Shown here in pieces: positions 63,218 through 64,000 of a DNA stretch of 64,000 nucleotides. The notes below the pieces were generated by a model, which did no database searches, had not been told where the DNA came from, and saw only the letters and a list, made by a program, of their open reading frames with translations. A program made the position numbers and the translations under genes. The stretch is from Bacillota bacterium. Lineage in GTDB: Bacteria; Bacillota; Sulfobacillia; JAMDAP01; JAJYMS01. The stretch spans positions 2,470 to 66,469 of the forward strand of contig JAJYMS010000134.1 of assembly GCA_021786825.1 (NCBI GenBank). Reading direction: 5' to 3'. The stretch's first letter is position 1, and each line of letters starts with the position of its first letter.

Positions 63218-64000
63218 ATGGACTGGTCACGGGCCCAGCGCATCCTGATCGGCGCCTTCTTGTTGCTGAACGCCTTCCTGACTTACCAGCTTTGGGGGCA
63301 ACCGTGGGAATACGGCGGCCGCCTGCTCGTTTCGACTGAGGAGCAGGTGCGGGAGATTCAGGACCAGTTGAGCCGGTCCGGCATCCGGCTGCAGGTTGAA
63401 ATTCCGCGCCGGGTTCGACCGAGGGCCTTCTTGAACGTGACCCGGGTGATGCCGGATCCGGCCGAGTTGGAGCAGCAGTTTCTGGGGGGCAAGGCCGCGG
63501 AGGAGCGGGTCGAGCCCAAGACGGGCTCGCTGACGATGGTGGGGGCGCGGGGGGTGTTGGTGATCGAGCCGGCAGGGGTGATCCACTATCGCTCCGCCGC
63601 CGGCCAAGGAGCGCCCTCGACCCCCGAAGCCCTCAGCGGGGTGGACCTTTCGGCCGCCCGCAGCGCCGCGGAGGAGTTCATCGCCTCCCACGGGGGCATG
63701 CCCTCCGATGCCCGCCTGGATGGAATTACGCTGGACAAGGAACGCAAGCTGGCAGTGGTGAATTATTTCCAGGAGTACCAGGGTACCCTCTTCTTTGGCA
63801 GCCACCTGACGGTAGGGCTGGCGGCGCGGCAGCCGGGGGGACCGTTGCAGGTGGAGTCCTACGACCGCCTCTGGGTGGAATTCGCCGGTTTGAACCGGGA
63901 CCCCAAGCCGTTGCTGCCCGCGACGTCAGCCCTCCTGCGGGCCGCCGGGCACCTGGAGAGCGCCGGCTATAAAGAAGCTGTCGTCACGGGTATTACCCTC
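63218..64000 (+). CDS. yycI: two-component system regulatory protein YycI-like (3' end cut by the window; absent from the ORF track)
   Basis: ATG 63218 gives MDWSRAQRILIGAFLLLNAFLTYQLWG..., the characteristic YycI N-terminus. The frame stays open to position 64000. Confidence 0.75.
   Translation, partial: MDWSRAQRILIGAFLLLNAFLTYQLWGQPWEYGGRLLVSTEEQVREIQDQLSRSGIRLQVEIPRRVRPRAFLNVTRVMPDPAELEQQFLGGKAAEERVEPKTGSLTMVGARGVLVIEPAGVIHYRSAAGQGAPSTPEALSGVDLSAARSAAEEFIASHGGMPSDARLDGITLDKERKLAVVNYFQEYQGTLFFGSHLTVGLAARQPGGPLQVESYDRLWVEFAGLNRDPKPLLPATSALLRAAGHLESAGYKEAVVTGITL

Overview
This window is the chromosomal replication-origin region of a high-GC, endospore-former-type Firmicutes genome. That assignment is inferred from gene order: rpmH-rnpA-yidD-yidC-jag-mnmE-mnmG-rsmG-soj-spo0J, yyaC, a lonC-type Lon protease between rplI and dnaB, and walRK-yycHI. 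A 16.5-kb integrated element precedes it. (1) Positions 150-16654 hold an element inserted into tRNA-Ser(UGA). It is bounded by an exact 61-bp direct repeat that starts in the anticodon loop. It carries a tyrosine integrase, XRE and excisionase-type HTH genes, a primase/helicase-like gene followed by an iteron cluster, a His-x-His repeat protein, a 1382-aa orphan ORF and a small reverse-strand cargo module. I see no capsid, portal or terminase gene in it. (2) From 16.7 to 33.5 kb every gene is on the minus strand: serS, mtnA, mtnP, serA, a class-V aminotransferase behind a T-box leader, pdxT/pdxS, gyrA, gyrB, remB, recF, dnaN and dnaA. DnaA-box clusters flank dnaA, and the coding strand switches there. 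(3) From 33.9 to 64 kb most genes are on the plus strand: rpmH through spo0J, DUF4446, an M23 peptidase, bactofilin, a lipid kinase, yyaC (minus), cvpA, mscS, DUF951, rpsF-ssb-rpsR, rplI, lonC, dnaB, purA, tRNA-Gly, tRNA-Thr, an M20 peptidase and two LysM-M23 peptidases, an HExxH peptidase, and walR-walK-yycH-yycI (yycI is cut by the window end). The most interesting items are the atypical element with its giant ORF and HxH protein, a T-box leader with two complete antiterminator/terminator modules but room for only one Stem I, a candidate iteron origin, att-arm palindromes, a parS-like palindrome that doubles as the spo0J terminator, and a WalR-type box in front of a short structured, terminated RNA. 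All family calls come from reading the translated ORFs and motifs by eye. No database, HMM or folding software was run. The many long antisense ORFs in the track are treated as high-GC shadow ORFs.
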